DNA of 64,000 nucleotides from Eledone cirrhosa (Eukaryota): NCBI GenBank assembly GCA_964016885.1, contig OZ024748.1, positions 10,912,001 to 10,976,000 of the forward strand, read 5' to 3'. Shown piece by piece: positions 25,854 to 40,389 of this stretch (position 1 is its first letter; each line of letters starts with the position of its first letter). The notes under the pieces were generated by a model. It saw only the letters and a program-made list of their open reading frames with translations, ran no database searches and was not told where the DNA came from. The position numbers and the translations under genes were made by a program.

Positions 25854-26967
25854 ATTCAAATTTAAGATATTTCTAGGGCGGGTAAAATTCCCGAGATCCA
25901 TGGACGAGTTCTCTCCAGTGGTCTCTGTCCCTCATTATCGCTGCCATGTCCTGCGTCTCCAACAGACCAGTGTCTGTCCTTAGGGCATCAACATACGTTA
26001 ACCTTTGTCTTCTTCTTCTAGTGTGTCCATGTAGGGGCTCCCACAGGAGCACTGAGTGCAATGTCAACTCTGGATGTCGGTGAGCATGTCCAGCTAACCT
26101 CAGTCTCCTCTGTGTCACTTTTGAGCTGACTTTTGGGAGGCTCCCATACAGCTCTGAGTTTTTCATCCTCAGTGTATACTGATTAATGTTCAGAGCCATC
26201 CTCAGCATTCTCGTGTAGCACCCATCCACCATCTGAGTGAGTTTCTTGGTCAGTGTCCAAGTCTCAGACCCGTACAGCAGCACAGACTCCACTACAGCAA
26301 TGAGTGTGGGGCTGAGAATAAATGAGACTAAAACAAAATTTAAGATATATGTATATATATATTATATATAGAAAGACACAGAGAGAGTCATAGATCATTT
26401 AAGAAACACATAGTATTTTGTACACATATATAAAGCAAATACTATTCAGGAAAATATACATATTTCAAGATGGAAAAAGTCATTTCTTCCATACAGTACT
26501 GTTACATGGTTCAAAAACCAAAATATAATTAATATACAAAGCATATAAATAAATTTATATATGGGGGCACATGGCTTAGTGGTTAGAGCATTGGCCTTGC
26601 AATCGAAAGGTTGTGAGTTCAAACCGGGTGATGTGTTGTTTCCTTGAGCAAGACACTTTATTTCACATTGCTCCAGTTTACTCAGCTGTAGAAATGAGAT
26701 GATAGGGACTGGGGTCCCTATCATTCCACTGCAAAGTTGTTGTGGAGGTGTCACGGCAAAAAAAGCACCCTGCCCACCCTGTAAAGTGAACGTGTAGGCG
26801 CCACGGAAAAAAAGCACCCAGCACTCACTGTAAATGAGGTTGGTGTTAGGAAGGGCATCCAGCTGTAGAAATCAACCCAGAATCAGTTCCTGTCCCACCC
26901 TTGCAAGCAAGGAAAAGCGGACGTAAAATGATGATGATGATGATGATGATGATGATATATATATATT

Positions 26968-26999
<32 letters not shown>

Positions 27000-27410
27000 T
27001 ATATATATATATATATCATCATCATCATCATCATCGTTTAACATCCATCTTCCACGCTTGCATGGGTTTGGACGGGAATTTTCCCACTTGAGGCAAGATT
27101 GGTTGTCTTGCTCGTATAGGACTGCCTGGCTGGTTTTCTACGGCTGGATGCCCTTCCTAACACCAACCACGTTTACAGTGTGGACTGGGAGGTTTTTACC
27201 GTGTTACCTACACGGCCACATTACAGCGTGGACTGTGTTTTTTTTTTGTCATGACACCTTTTGTCGTGACGACCTCATTTGTTTCGAACTCATTAATTTG
27301 TATCAATAATTTCACCACCGTTATTTAACATTATAAGTGGCTATACATTTATTTAAATACTCACCGGAAAGTGACATAGAATAAGTCATTCAAAAGTCAC
27401 GAATTGTCAT

Positions 27411-27435
27411 CTAAAGCAAAAATGTTATACTGCTT
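27411..27435 (-). CDS. G3 last coding exon (K)SSITFLL*; exon runs 27435-27365
   Basis: Same acceptor and donor as G2; in-frame 3-nt insertion relative to G2. Confidence 0.6.
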
Positions 27436-28057
27436 CTGGAAATAAAGAAAAAAGGCGAGGAATTAATTATAATATACCAATAATATGAATGGTTTCTGAT
27501 TTAGGCACAAGGCCAATAATTCAGGGGGAGGGGAAAGTCGATTAAATCGACCCCTGTGCATTACTGGACTTTATTTTATCGATCTGGTAAGGATGAAAGG
27601 CAAAGCTTAACCTCGGCGGGATTTGAACTCAGAATGGCAAGCCACAAAGCCAACACTTTGGGAGAGGGGAAAATCGATGATGATGGTGGTGATAATGATG
27701 ATGGTGGTAATGGTGGTGATGATGAACCCCACTCCCACACCCAGAAGGATGAAATGCAAAGTTGCTAATTGCAGGACTTGAACTCAGAAAATAGGGATCT
27801 GTGACAAAATATCATAAAGGAGTTATTGCCTGACGCTCTACCGAGACTTCTGGTTCCATTGGTGTAAAGGGACTGAAAGTACTTGACTTTCCCCTGGACT
27901 GGACGCCAGTCCATCGCAGAGTTACTCATTTTAGTTGAGTGTACTGCAGCAACAGGAAATGAAGTGTTTTAGGGAAGAACACAATTCCAAAATATGGTAG
28001 TATCAGTATATTGGAGCTTCCAATTTGCATATTAATAATAGATTAAATGTTACATAC

Positions 28058-28121
28058 TTAACGCTTGGGTATAAGACACCAAATGGGTTGATAGTAGGCA
28101 TAACCTCCACAAAAACTTTAT
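28058..28121 (-). CDS. G3 second coding exon: (H)KVFVEVMPTINPFGVLYPSV(K)
   Basis: tttcag / GTATGT sites, 64 nt, phase 1 to 2. Confidence 0.7.
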
Positions 28122-29033
28122 CTGAAATTTTAAAAATAATAAAAGTGAATTAATTTATAGTTTGGGGTAAAAATAGAGTTCCACCCCACTCGGTAAGCAA
28201 ATGAGGGCTAGGATTTTGTTGATCAATTTGATCAATCAATGGATTATAGTGATGTTGGTGGTGTTGTGTAAAACAGTTCAATTGTGATAAAGCACCAATG
28301 AGCCATATGCAAAGCTTGAATATGACCCCGACAATGTAATACACACTCACACGCACAAACATACACACTCACACTCATATTCACACACACTCACATACAC
28401 ACACGCAAGCGCACACATTCATAAACAATCCCACACACTCACACATACAAACACATACAGTGTTCCCATAGCATTGCCATAACCTTCTATAAGAAACTCT
28501 AATCTGTGATATACTTACTTACAACTTTACTGTTTGATTGCCAACCATTACCTTTGATCATGAATTTTGGGTAATGATCGAAAGAATACGATCGCGAATA
28601 CAAGCGGCCGAAATGGGATTCCTCCGAAAGGTCTTTGGAGTAACGTTACTCGATAAAGTGTGTAACTCGGAGATCAGAGAATCATTCCAGGTAGAGCCAC
28701 TGCTTCTCCAAATTTAGAGATCACAGCTCCGATATTATGGGTATGTGGTTAGAATGTTTTATGAGCAAAACCAACTGGCAGACAAACCAGGGGTAGACCC
28801 CGAGCAAGATGGTTGGATAACATTCATGAGCTTGGCTGGTCTCGCTTGGACGGTTGCTTCTGACAGGACCCGCTGGAAAGAGTGGAGGACTCTGTCTCCA
28901 AGACCCTCTCAGGAATAAGTGGGCAAAGAAGGGGAGGAGGTGGCTGAGAAGGAAGAGGAGGAGGGGCTGAGAGGAAGAGGAGGAGAAAGGGAAGAAGAAG
29001 AAGAAGAAGAAGAAGAAGAAGAAGAAGACTTAC

Positions 29034-29196
29034 GCACACTATTAGAATAGCGACAATGCACTGTTCTGTGACAAACATTTATAGAAGTACATGGAGAACA
29101 AGTTGTATATCCTCTACAGCTAGGACAGCCAGCATAAACACCAACACTGAATACAGCCATTATAGTAAAAATGGCAACAAAAACCGTCTGCTTCAT
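29034..29196 (-). CDS. G3 first coding exon: signal peptide + 6-Cys core of an 83-aa secreted peptide (MKQTVFVAIFTIMAVFSVGVYA-GCPSCRGYTTCSPCTSINVCHRTVHCRYSNSV)
   Basis: ATG 29196, phase-1 GTAAGT donor at 29033-29028. Model: 29196-29034, 28121-28058, 27435-27411. Confidence 0.82.
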
Positions 29197-29701
29197 CTTA
29201 ACGACACCTGTCTACTGAAACTTAGTCAGTGACTGTAAATATATAAATATATATAAAGAAACATACAGAGGAATAAATAAATATATAAATCAGTTCTGTG
29301 TGAGCGAATCAGGGTTCGCTCGACCTGATCCCTCACGAAGGGAGAGCCCGTCCTACTCATGATATAGTGGAAGATGGACCTTAAATGATGATGATGATGG
29401 TGACAGGGTGTCCCCTTAAAATGTATACACACTTAAACAACATTCTGATAAATATTGCCTGTATAGGTAATCGAAGTGTGTATACATCTCTTGGGGGACA
29501 CCCTGTATATAGAGATATGAAAAATTCCGACTGCGGGGTCAAGTGGCTTCGGCTTCTGTTGAACACAGAAACCGTAACCGCTTGGTGCCGCAGTTGGGAT
29601 TTTACATATCTCTATACCCACTCTGTATTGAGTACTCCCATGATTAGTAGTCTCCTCAGTCTCAGCACCGCAGACTCTATATACGTATATATATATATAT
29701 A

Positions 29702-30651
<950 letters not shown>

Positions 30652-30833
30652 GGTGGTCACCGATCTGTCCAGTTCGTTTGTCTATCAACATATCAGGAAA
30701 AAATTATACATTTTCTATATATTTTCTCTGATGAGAACATGTTTTGCTTTATGTTAAACATAAAACTTTACATCTTCGAAATATATTTAATGAAATAAAT
30801 AGAGATGATATAAAGTATATATCTTTCGTTTAT

Positions 30834-30898
<65 letters not shown>

Positions 30899-30993
30899 AA
30901 GTATTTCCGAAGAAAAAGCAAAGGAAAAAAGAGTGTTCTATGTATAAAACAGAGCTATTTAATTAGTAGTTAAATATTGTGTTGTTTACTTTC

Positions 30994-31039
<46 letters not shown>

Positions 31040-31238
31040 CATCATCAGCATAATTATCATTTATCATCCGCTTTCCCTGCTAGCATGGGTTGGACGGGTC
31101 TACAAAGATAGACCAAATTAGTACTGGATAGAGACCACTGATGTCCAAGAGAGTCTGAGGAGGTCTGTACCCCGTTTACATATGCTCATCTATCAAGTAC
31201 ATAGTTATATCATTTGCACTATAAATAAACAAACAAAT

Positions 31239-31285
<47 letters not shown>

Positions 31286-33979
31286 ATATTAATAAATGGA
31301 AACTATATTTATAAAACCATATTTATTTTTTTATATATATTTCAAGGGGAACCAAGGCAAATTATGGTGCACTTTCATCAGATAAAATACAGATTTGTTT
31401 TATAAATAAATATTGACATGCCCGTAAAAAAGACAACCTTAACGGTTGGAGCTTCCTCACTATCCTGGAAGCTCCAACCGTTAAGGTTGTCTTTTTTCCG
31501 TGTATGTCAATATTTATTTATAAAACAAATCTATATTTTATCTGATGAAAGTGCACCATAATTTGCCTTGGTTGCCCTTGAAATATATATAATAAAGTAA
31601 ATATGGTTTTATAAATATAGTTTCCATTTATTAATATATTGCGTATTTACTCCACAAATTGTTGAGTGCTTTATATCAGTTATAAAAATGTTTCAAGCTT
31701 GTTGAATCCCAACAAATTAAATATAACCTCTGCATATATATATATATAGATAGATCTTTCGTTTTAAGTAGACGACTTCCGAGCAAATGCGGAGAAAAAG
31801 GATACAGTGATGTCCACGAATGTTGAGACATTTGCTTTCCTTTCAATAGATTTCTAATAATGGTAGGATAAAATTAGAAATATGTTTTAAATATCTAAAC
31901 TATAATAAAGTAAGGAGTACGGGACTGCGTCCAGATTATTTTTTTTTTTATCACGTGTGTAAAATAAATTGGATTACTTTGAATAAATAGTGAATGAATA
32001 TTACATAATTTATCTACTAAATTTCGTTATTCTTGATTAAATAATATTGTTGCTTATTTTAAGATTCACTTCTTTAAAAGTTTCAAATGTCAACACTTCC
32101 GGTTAGCGATCACTTAAATAAACATTGATATATTTCCGTCACTAATTATCTCCTAATGCAGTTTATATATAATATCGTCTTTTTTTAATGTATCATGGAT
32201 TACGTTACTGATTACATAAGACAATATAACGCAGTCTTCGTTCAATTTCTGTGTATATTGTCAATTACGATTTTATTTGATGTGTCATATCTACATGCAT
32301 ATATACCTGCGTCTAATATCAATATGCACACTACACATGCTAGGCTAGTATACATAAATAACATTACAAATGCGTAAATAACATTATAAATTGCTCGTAA
32401 TTCGTTCAGGAGGACATTATAAATATAATGTCTAAACCGTGTATAATAACACAATAATATAAATTCATTGAACAAAAATGATAAAAGAAAGAAAAAAGAA
32501 GGGTGGGAAGGCAATTCACCACGAAGTGTGATAATCGGCTGCACCTTACACCTTAGGGGTTAACATACACACTTTCAAGCAAGCCAATACGCTCGCAGCA
32601 TTACGACGGGTGATGGCGAGGCTAAGGTGCTGAAATAACCAGGCACCCTCACAGGCATCACCTGACACCTCAGCGAGGTGAGCCGCCAATGATGACAAGA
32701 ACTTCGCTGTCAGCGGCCCAACTCACATTTCTTCGTAGTACTGTGTCGTTTGCTTTGTTATTTCTGTTATTTCTGTTTGCCTTTTGTGTGTGTGAGTAAG
32801 GGATTGTTTATGAGTGTGTATGTGTTAGCCGACGGAAAATAGGTGGGCTTTGAAAAAAAAAAAAACTTTTTATCCGCAGGCGTATTATTATGAAAACACA
32901 AACTGCTTTACTTTATTTTTAAAGGCAACTCATTCAGAAATTATTTAAATAAAACATTTTGCTTTTGTAAATAAAATTTATTTCCTGTTACCGAGAATTT
33001 CTGTTTAAGCTTATGTGGGCCTGAAATTTTTTGGACACCAAAAAATGGACCGCATTAAGGGAAAGGTTAAGAAACTCTGGTTTAGAAAGTTTATATGAAT
33101 TTGCCCTAAATTGATCTCCTCTATCAAGATGAAAATCGAAGTTTACACCTGGCGACACCCCCGCCGCTTCGCCCTGTCTGGGAGGTCAGTAGCTCTGCTT
33201 CAGTACTGACTTGGTCTATGTAGACCCGTTTTTACTCTTGCTAGGAGAGAAAAGGGAATGTTAAATGATGATGATATAGAAGACTGGATAAATACTTGAA
33301 GATATCTTAATTAGACGCTCGACATTTTTTGAACATTACAACGATGCCATAATCGTTTGTTTCATAATAAATAATTGTTTCTACTTTAACGAAACTAAAG
33401 ATATCAATAATAACGATTTCTTATAGAGAGTCAAGGCCATAATAATGATTTTTTATTTAAATACAATTTTGTGGGGAAAGGAAAGTCGATTATATCGATT
33501 CCCAGTACTATACTGGTACTTTATTTTTTATATCGATCCTCCAGAAGGATGAAAGGCAAAGTTGATCTTCGCGGGATTTGGACAGAGCCAAGGACATAAT
33601 ATTGAATATCAAAATATTTTCTACGTCACCACCTTAGCATATCTAGCTAGACACCAGCCTGGCATTCAATTTGCTAGAAAACGCAGTCAGTTTCACCCTC
33701 AAATCATACTTTAAATAAAGGATTCGATGGTCACGGCTAGGATACCTTTAGTCAGAGATCTTCTCAGTTTGGAAGCTAACCTGGGGTTAAACAATAACAA
33801 TAATAATATGTTTTCTGACAATTTTCTGTGAATGTCAGAAGACAGATTAATGACTAAAATATATCAACAACAGGAAGGTCAGAAAATATTAACTTTTAAT
33901 CCATTGTTATTTGTTATATAGGATTGATAAGTGGTGAACTTTGAAATCATAAGATAAATGAGATATGAATATCGGGGTA

Positions 33980-34014
<35 letters not shown>

Positions 34015-34070
34015 GTATATATATATATATTTATTTTTTAAAACCACTGTTAATAAATACACCAGGATTT

Positions 34071-34131
34071 TTTCATTCTGATGACTGAAAGTAAATTTTG
34101 TTTGCTTTCAAGAAACCACTGGTAAATGAAA
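34071..34131 (+). ncRNA. Near-intact type I hammerhead ribozyme motif
   Basis: TTTCATT-CTGATGA-cTGAAAG...CTTTCAa-GAAA-CCACTGG-TA-AATGAAA. Perfect 7-bp stem I, 6-bp or longer stem II (C-A mismatch at its base), stem III ACC/GGT, GUA cleavage triplet. Confidence 0.7.
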
Positions 34132-34228
34132 TAATTATCTTATGTTGTTTATTACATAACTATTAAGCTCTGTAACCTACATAGAACACTCTATTTTCCT
34201 GGACCTTTCCGACGGAATTTCTTCATTT

Positions 34229-34289
<61 letters not shown>

Positions 34290-34456
34290 CACACACACAA
34301 ACTTGAGGAATTAAAACCTATCAAATATGTTAGATTTTTTAGCACAATATTTAGCAATATAAAAAAGATGAATTTTCAAGAAGTATTTTCTAAAATGATT
34401 TTAAAACATTACATCAACAAGAAGACGAAAGCCACCAAAAACGTGTTTGAACTTAC

Positions 34457-34520
34457 TTCGAAATTCACTTGGTTTGTTTACAAACACTAGCACGAGATAA
34501 CGAGCTAGCTCTTTACACAG
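34457..34520 (-). other. Putative non-coding exon 1 of G3
   Basis: GTAAGTTCAAA donor at 34456-34451; GTTTGTTTACAAAC at 34472-34485. Confidence 0.6.
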
Positions 34521-34662
34521 TCGCTTGACATGGCAAGAAATAACAGCCTAATATCATTTAAATATCACACTGTAAGGAGACTGGATGATGTGGTCCTGTA
34601 TTGTAGCAGATTAAGGGGATCAGGGGATAAACCAATCTGTAGCCGGAGGCCCGAAAATTATA

Positions 34663-35252
34663 TATGCTCCCATAAATAATTGTTTCTACGTTAGGCACAA
34701 GGCCAGCAATTAACCAGTGTATTACTGGTACTTTATTTTATCGACCCCGTAAGGATAAAAGGCAAAGTCAAGCTCGGCGGGATTTGAACTCAGATCGTAA
34801 AGGGACGTAACTATGCTGGAAAGCATGGCGTCCGACCCTCTACTGATACTGCCAATCCACCTATGCTCCCATAAATAATTGTTTCTACTTTAGGCACAAG
34901 GCCAGTAATCATCAGTGCATTACTGGTACTTTATTTTATCGACCCCGTAAGGAAAAAAGGCAAAGTCAACCTCGGCGGGATTTGAACTCAGATCATAAAG
35001 GGACGTAACTATGCTGGAAAGCATGGCGTCCGACCCTCTACTGATACTGCCAATCCACCTATGCTCCCATAAATAATTGTTTCTACTTTAGGCACAAGGC
35101 CAGCCATCACCAGTGCATTACTGGTACTTTATTTTATCGACCCCGTAAGGATAAAAGGCAAAGTCAACCTCGGCGGGATTTGAACTCAGATCGTAAAGGG
35201 ACGTAACTATGCTGGAAAGCATGGCGTCCGACCCTCTACCGATACTCCCAAC
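34663..35252 (-). repeat. Three tandem ~195-nt units, each a whole SINE plus a short flank
   Basis: The unit tatgctcccataaataattgtttctac...gatactgccaatccacc repeats three times. Confidence 0.85.
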
Positions 35253-36637
35253 CATAAATAATGGTTTCTGATTTAGGCACAAACCCAGCAAATTTGGGGG
35301 TAGAGGAAATTTGAATAAATCGATCCCAGTGCATTACTGGTGCTTTATTTTATCGATCCCGTAAGGATGATAAGAAAAGCTAACCTGGACAGGATTTGAA
35401 CGTATATATATATATATATGCGTAGAAATGTCCGTGATTTCCAGCAGCAGACAACTGATCATGGGAAATATCTCCCGTTTGTGATTTCTTCTTATCTCTC
35501 TCTCTCTATATATATATATATATAGTAATAATAATAAATTTGAAGACTAAAATCCAAAGAGGGCTCGATAAGGATAAATATATATCAAATATATAAGAAC
35601 CGTAGAGAAAATATTTATTAAAAGAACAGATTAAGAACAGCAAAGAATCGCTGCTTTCATCCTTGACGGGATCTTCTGAAACTCAGAAGATCCCGTTAAG
35701 GGTGAAAGCAGCGATTCTTTGCTTAAACTTTAATGTTATTTTAATAAATATATATATCATCATCATCATCATCATCACCGTTTTACGTCCGTTCGTCCAC
35801 GCTAGCATGGGTTAGACGGGTTGTCCTGTTGTGGGCAGTGTCTGGTCGGCTGACCATGCCTTGCTCATACAGGAACTGATCTGGCTTGATTTCTACAGCT
35901 GGATGCCCTTCCTAACACCAACCTCATTTACAGTGAGTGCTGGGTGCTTTTTCGTGGCGCCTACACGTCCACTTTACAGTGTGGGCTGGGTGCTTTTTTG
36001 CCGTGGCACCTCCACGACCACCTTGCGGTGGGGGGAGTGGGGGCATATTGTTTATATGCTTCAGCATGTACCCATGGGAGGTCGGGTACCCTGTATTACT
36101 GCGTGACGCCAGAAGTCACGGTCGTGTGTCATTGTCTTTGAGAGGTGTAGTTGGATAAGGTCGGCTTTTATCACCTCATCCCAAGTCATCTTGGGTCTCC
36201 CCACTCCGCGGTTTCCATCAACTTCTAGTGCTCTGCACCTTTTTATGCAGCTATCATCCTTCATACGCATCACATGTATATATATATATATAGTCAGTTT
36301 AGTTGCTGATCCCTCGATCATAGAAGCAGGTTATACTGGGTTACACTGTACCAGTAGCAGACAGAACCCTAACCTGACCATACTAGGGTCTAATGGGGGA
36401 GCCCGTTTAGTCACCGACAATTCAACCATGAAGCAGGTTGCGAGATGGAATGGTTCTTCCAACGCATCTCCCTTACCATCCTCCGGCGAAACACCTTCTC
36501 CATTCTGTCCGCCGGGGCCGTGGGCGGCCAGCACGTAGGACCCCATTTGCTCACCATACAAAGAGATAGGGAGGGCGAGAGAGATGGGGGGCGATGACGG
36601 TTGGAGTTCGAATACATTGCACCTGTCATTGGATCAT

Positions 36638-37031
36638 GTTGTAGTGACCTACATTCCGCGGGCTCACATACATTCTCTGTGCGTGATTTGGCTCAGCTCA
36701 GCTCAGCCAAACAGCGCCAGTAGAAGAGAATGTATCCCTATGCGCCCTGAGGGAGAAATTCCCCGCGGGGATTTGAAGAATCGCCCTCTCGCATCCTGAA
36801 CTTTGAAGGAACAACACGTACAACATGTAACGGTGAGATTTTGCACTTTGGCCTGCCGGCCTTCCTTGGGCCTGGCACAATGGTACATTCCCTTTTGTAA
36901 CCTCATTTTATGTGTAACTTCCACCATACAAATTAACAAACATTATTTGTGCTACAACAAAAATAAACTTACATTTCATCTCTAATTTCTGCTGTTGACA
37001 TCATTATTATCTTACTCGTGTCTCAATAACA
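36638..37031. mobile_element. Possible solo LTR, present only in duplication copy B
   Basis: TGTT...AACA termini, internal AATAAA at ~36962; no clear target duplication. Confidence 0.35.
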
Positions 37032-39120
37032 TTTATATACTATGCTGCTAAAATGTAATAAGTTCATATCTATGAAATTTTACATATCTCTGAAGAATAT
37101 TCCGTTCTTTTATTCTAATATCATACGACACATTACTGTATCGTTCACATAATTCTATTATTTACACCCATTAATATAAACTTCAAGTAAATCTTTGTCA
37201 GTAGGTTGTACTGGGTTACACAGTACCAATAGCAGGCAGAAGATATAAGAATAATTACAAAGTCCCCTCCCCTCTCTTCTGCGACACCAGAGCTCTTGCC
37301 ATGCCCTCCTCTTCCTGTCATTGGCAGTATCGGTAGAGATAGATTGTCTTTATATCTTAGAATTATACAATTTTGCAAATATCGGAAAGAGATCAAAATA
37401 AATATAGGGGATAGGTTTCTATTAATTCAGGATATGGTTATAGAAATATCTATATTTTTCACAGGAATGGTGGAGGGAAAATCTGTTAAATTCCTCAGTG
37501 AACTTTTATTTAAGATAAATAAAATAAAAAATATTTTTACAATAGGTACCAACTGGACATATTGAATTTCTTTTTTGTGGGGAAGTTAGGTGGGGTGTGG
37601 ATAAAAACTGCACGTTATAAAATAATTTATTACCACGTATATCTGGCTAATCCGTTAAGTAAAAAAAAGAAATGAAGTTTTAATCATTTAAATGAATAAG
37701 TCTTTATTAATGAAAAATATTTTCGATAATGTTGGAATAATATGAGTGGAAAAACATTATCATCAGATTGTGATGTTGTTGATAAAGTTGGTTTTGTTTA
37801 GTCCAGTGACACTAATAACATCATCATCATTCCACCATCAAATATTACATATGGTGTAATGACGTTAGATAAACATTGTACAGGATGTGAAACTTTGAAA
37901 CCATGTAGGGAAATAACATCTGAAATAAACAGAAAATTATTATATAAATATATATATATCAGAGTTTTGTAGCCTTCTTGAAGCATTGTTTAATAGGAAA
38001 CACAAATTTAAATTTTGAAGACCAACACAATGCATATGGAGAATGTTAAATTGCCAAGATAACAAAAGAATCTTACCTTAAATTTGCTAAGGTAAGATTC
38101 TTTTGTTACCTTGGCAATTTAACATTCTCCATACGCCTTGTGTTGGTCTTCAAAATTTAACTTTGTGTTTTATATATATATATATAATTCAAATTTAAGA
38201 TATATATATTATATATAGAAAGACACAGAGAGAGAGAGTCATATATCATTTAAGAAACACATAGTATTTTGTACAAGCAAATACTATTCAGGAAAATATA
38301 CATACTTCAAGGTGGAAAAAGTCATTTCTTCCATACAGTACTGTTTCATGGTCCAAAACACCAAACCGAACAATTGAACCAAGTAATCAACTATCGATTA
38401 CCACCTATCAATTTTGGTAAGGCAAACGGAAGAAAAGGATCTAATAATCAGAGAGATTGTCTTTACATATGTCCGACACTATTCAAAATACCTTAATATC
38501 TGTCGAGAACAGAGATTTTGTATAAATCTCAACTCAACATGGTATCAAAAAAGGTTTAATGGTACACTGTGTATGTGTATATATATATATGTGTAACTTA
38601 GTTACTGTAGGTTCACCCGGGTGAGCACTCAATGTTTAGGTTCACTTCAGTGTCGAGGTGTAGAGCTAGACAAAGTGTATTATAGTGAAAAGATAACAAG
38701 GACGATTGTACTCTCAGTCGCTTCACGCCATGAAACTGGGATAAGCACCGGCCAAATGAGCCTTCTGGCTTAAGACAGACTTTAGATAAATATATATATG
38801 GTATGGTATGGTATGGACATGTGATGCACATGGAAGATGACCGCTGGGTAAAGAAGTGCCAAGATATCCTAGTAGGACAAAGACGCAGTCGAGGAAGAAC
38901 ATGAAAAACATGGGCGGAGGTGGTGAGAGCAGACCTCAGATCGCTGAATTTCACAGAGGAGATAACAAAGGACCGTGACGAATGGAGAGATGCCGTGCTG
39001 AATAGGACCTGTGCCACCCTTGGACATAAAATGATAATGATGATGATGATACGCTATACATCATCATCATCATATACAATAATAAAGTATGCCAAAGATA
39101 GAGTGGATGAAGATACTGAC

Positions 39121-39308
39121 CTAGCAAGGATTACTCATGTAGCCTACTTTGAATGGTTTTACATCTGTTATTTCATTTCCTTTCTCATCGACACAGTAAC
39201 AAACTGATCCTCTACACTGGATATTTTCGTAGCCCCCAGTTTTGGTACACATGAAGATTCTCCCAACATTCATTGATCTCTGATACTTTTCCTTTGTGTG
39301 AGCACAAT
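39121..39308 (-). CDS. G4 last coding exon: complete thyroglobulin type-1 domain (N)CAHTKEKYQRSMNVGRIFMCTKTGGYENIQCRGSVCYCVDEKGNEITDVKPFKVGYMSNPC*
   Basis: Strong ctttttctttttctctttactttacag acceptor; 188 nt open to TAG at 39123-39121; six Cys with the G.Y...QC...C[YW]CVD..G.EI signature. Not in the ORF track. Confidence 0.9.
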
Positions 39309-39344
39309 CTGTAAAGTAAAGAGAAAAAGAAAAAGGGATGATAT

Positions 39345-40160
39345 CCTCATCATCATGACTGTCAATGTTAACGTTGTCATTGTCATCGTTGTCCTTATCG
39401 TTGTCCTTATCGTTGTCATCATCATCATCGTTATCATTGTCATTGTCATCATCATCATCATGACTGTCATAGTCATCATCGTTATCACCATCATCATCAT
39501 CATCATGACTGTCATAGTCATCATCGTTATCACCATCATCATCATGACTGTCATAGTCATCATCGTTATCACCATCATCATCATCATGACTGTCATAGTC
39601 ATCATCGTTATCACCATCATCATCATCATCATGACTGTCATAGTCATCATCGTTATCACCATCATCATCATGACTGTCATAGTCATCATCGTTATCACCA
39701 TCATCATCATGACTGTCATAGTCATCATCGTTATCACCATCATCATCATCATCATCATGACTGTCATAGTCATCATCGTTATCACCATCATCATCATCAT
39801 GACTGTCATAGTCATCATCGTTATCACCATCATCATCATCATCATGACTGTCATAGTCATCATCGTTATCACCATCATCATCATGACTGTCATAGTCATC
39901 ATCGTTATCACTATCATCATCATCATCATGACTGTCATAGTCATCATCGTTATCACCATCATCATCATCATGACTGTCATAGTCATCATCGTTATCACCA
40001 TCATCATCATCATCATGACTGTCATAGTCATCATCGTTATCACCATCATCATCATGACTGTCATAGTCATCATCGTTATCACCATCATCATCATGACTGT
40101 CATAGTCATCATCGTTATCACCATCATCATCATCGTTGTCATTGTCATATTCATCATCGC
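39345..40160. repeat. Compound (ATC)n-derived satellite, unit ATGACTGTCATAGTCATCATCGTTATCACC(ATC)3-6, in the last G4 intron
   Basis: About 18 higher-order units; explains the poly-Met and poly-Ile ORFs. Confidence 0.9.
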
Positions 40161-40389
40161 CCTTTTACATCCATCTTCCATACTTACACAGGTTAGATGA
40201 GTTGTCATGTCATGAGGCTAGTCAGACAGGTCAGGTGACTACATCTTGCTCATACAGATCTGTTTGGGGCTTGGTTTTCTATGGCTGGAAGCCCTTCCTA
40301 ATTACAACCCCATTACAGTGTGTATTGGGAGCTTTTCTCATAGCACCATCACTGCTACTTACGAATGGGGGGGGGGGGACCAGGACAAC

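Noticed and set aside
39121-39308. Link to saxitoxin/tetrodotoxin binding by analogy with saxiphilin
   Set aside because: No transferrin lobes are present, and the species is not established from the sequence.
39270-40208. 312-aa poly-Met and 300-aa poly-Ile ORFs
   Set aside because: (ATC)n-derived satellite within a G4 intron.
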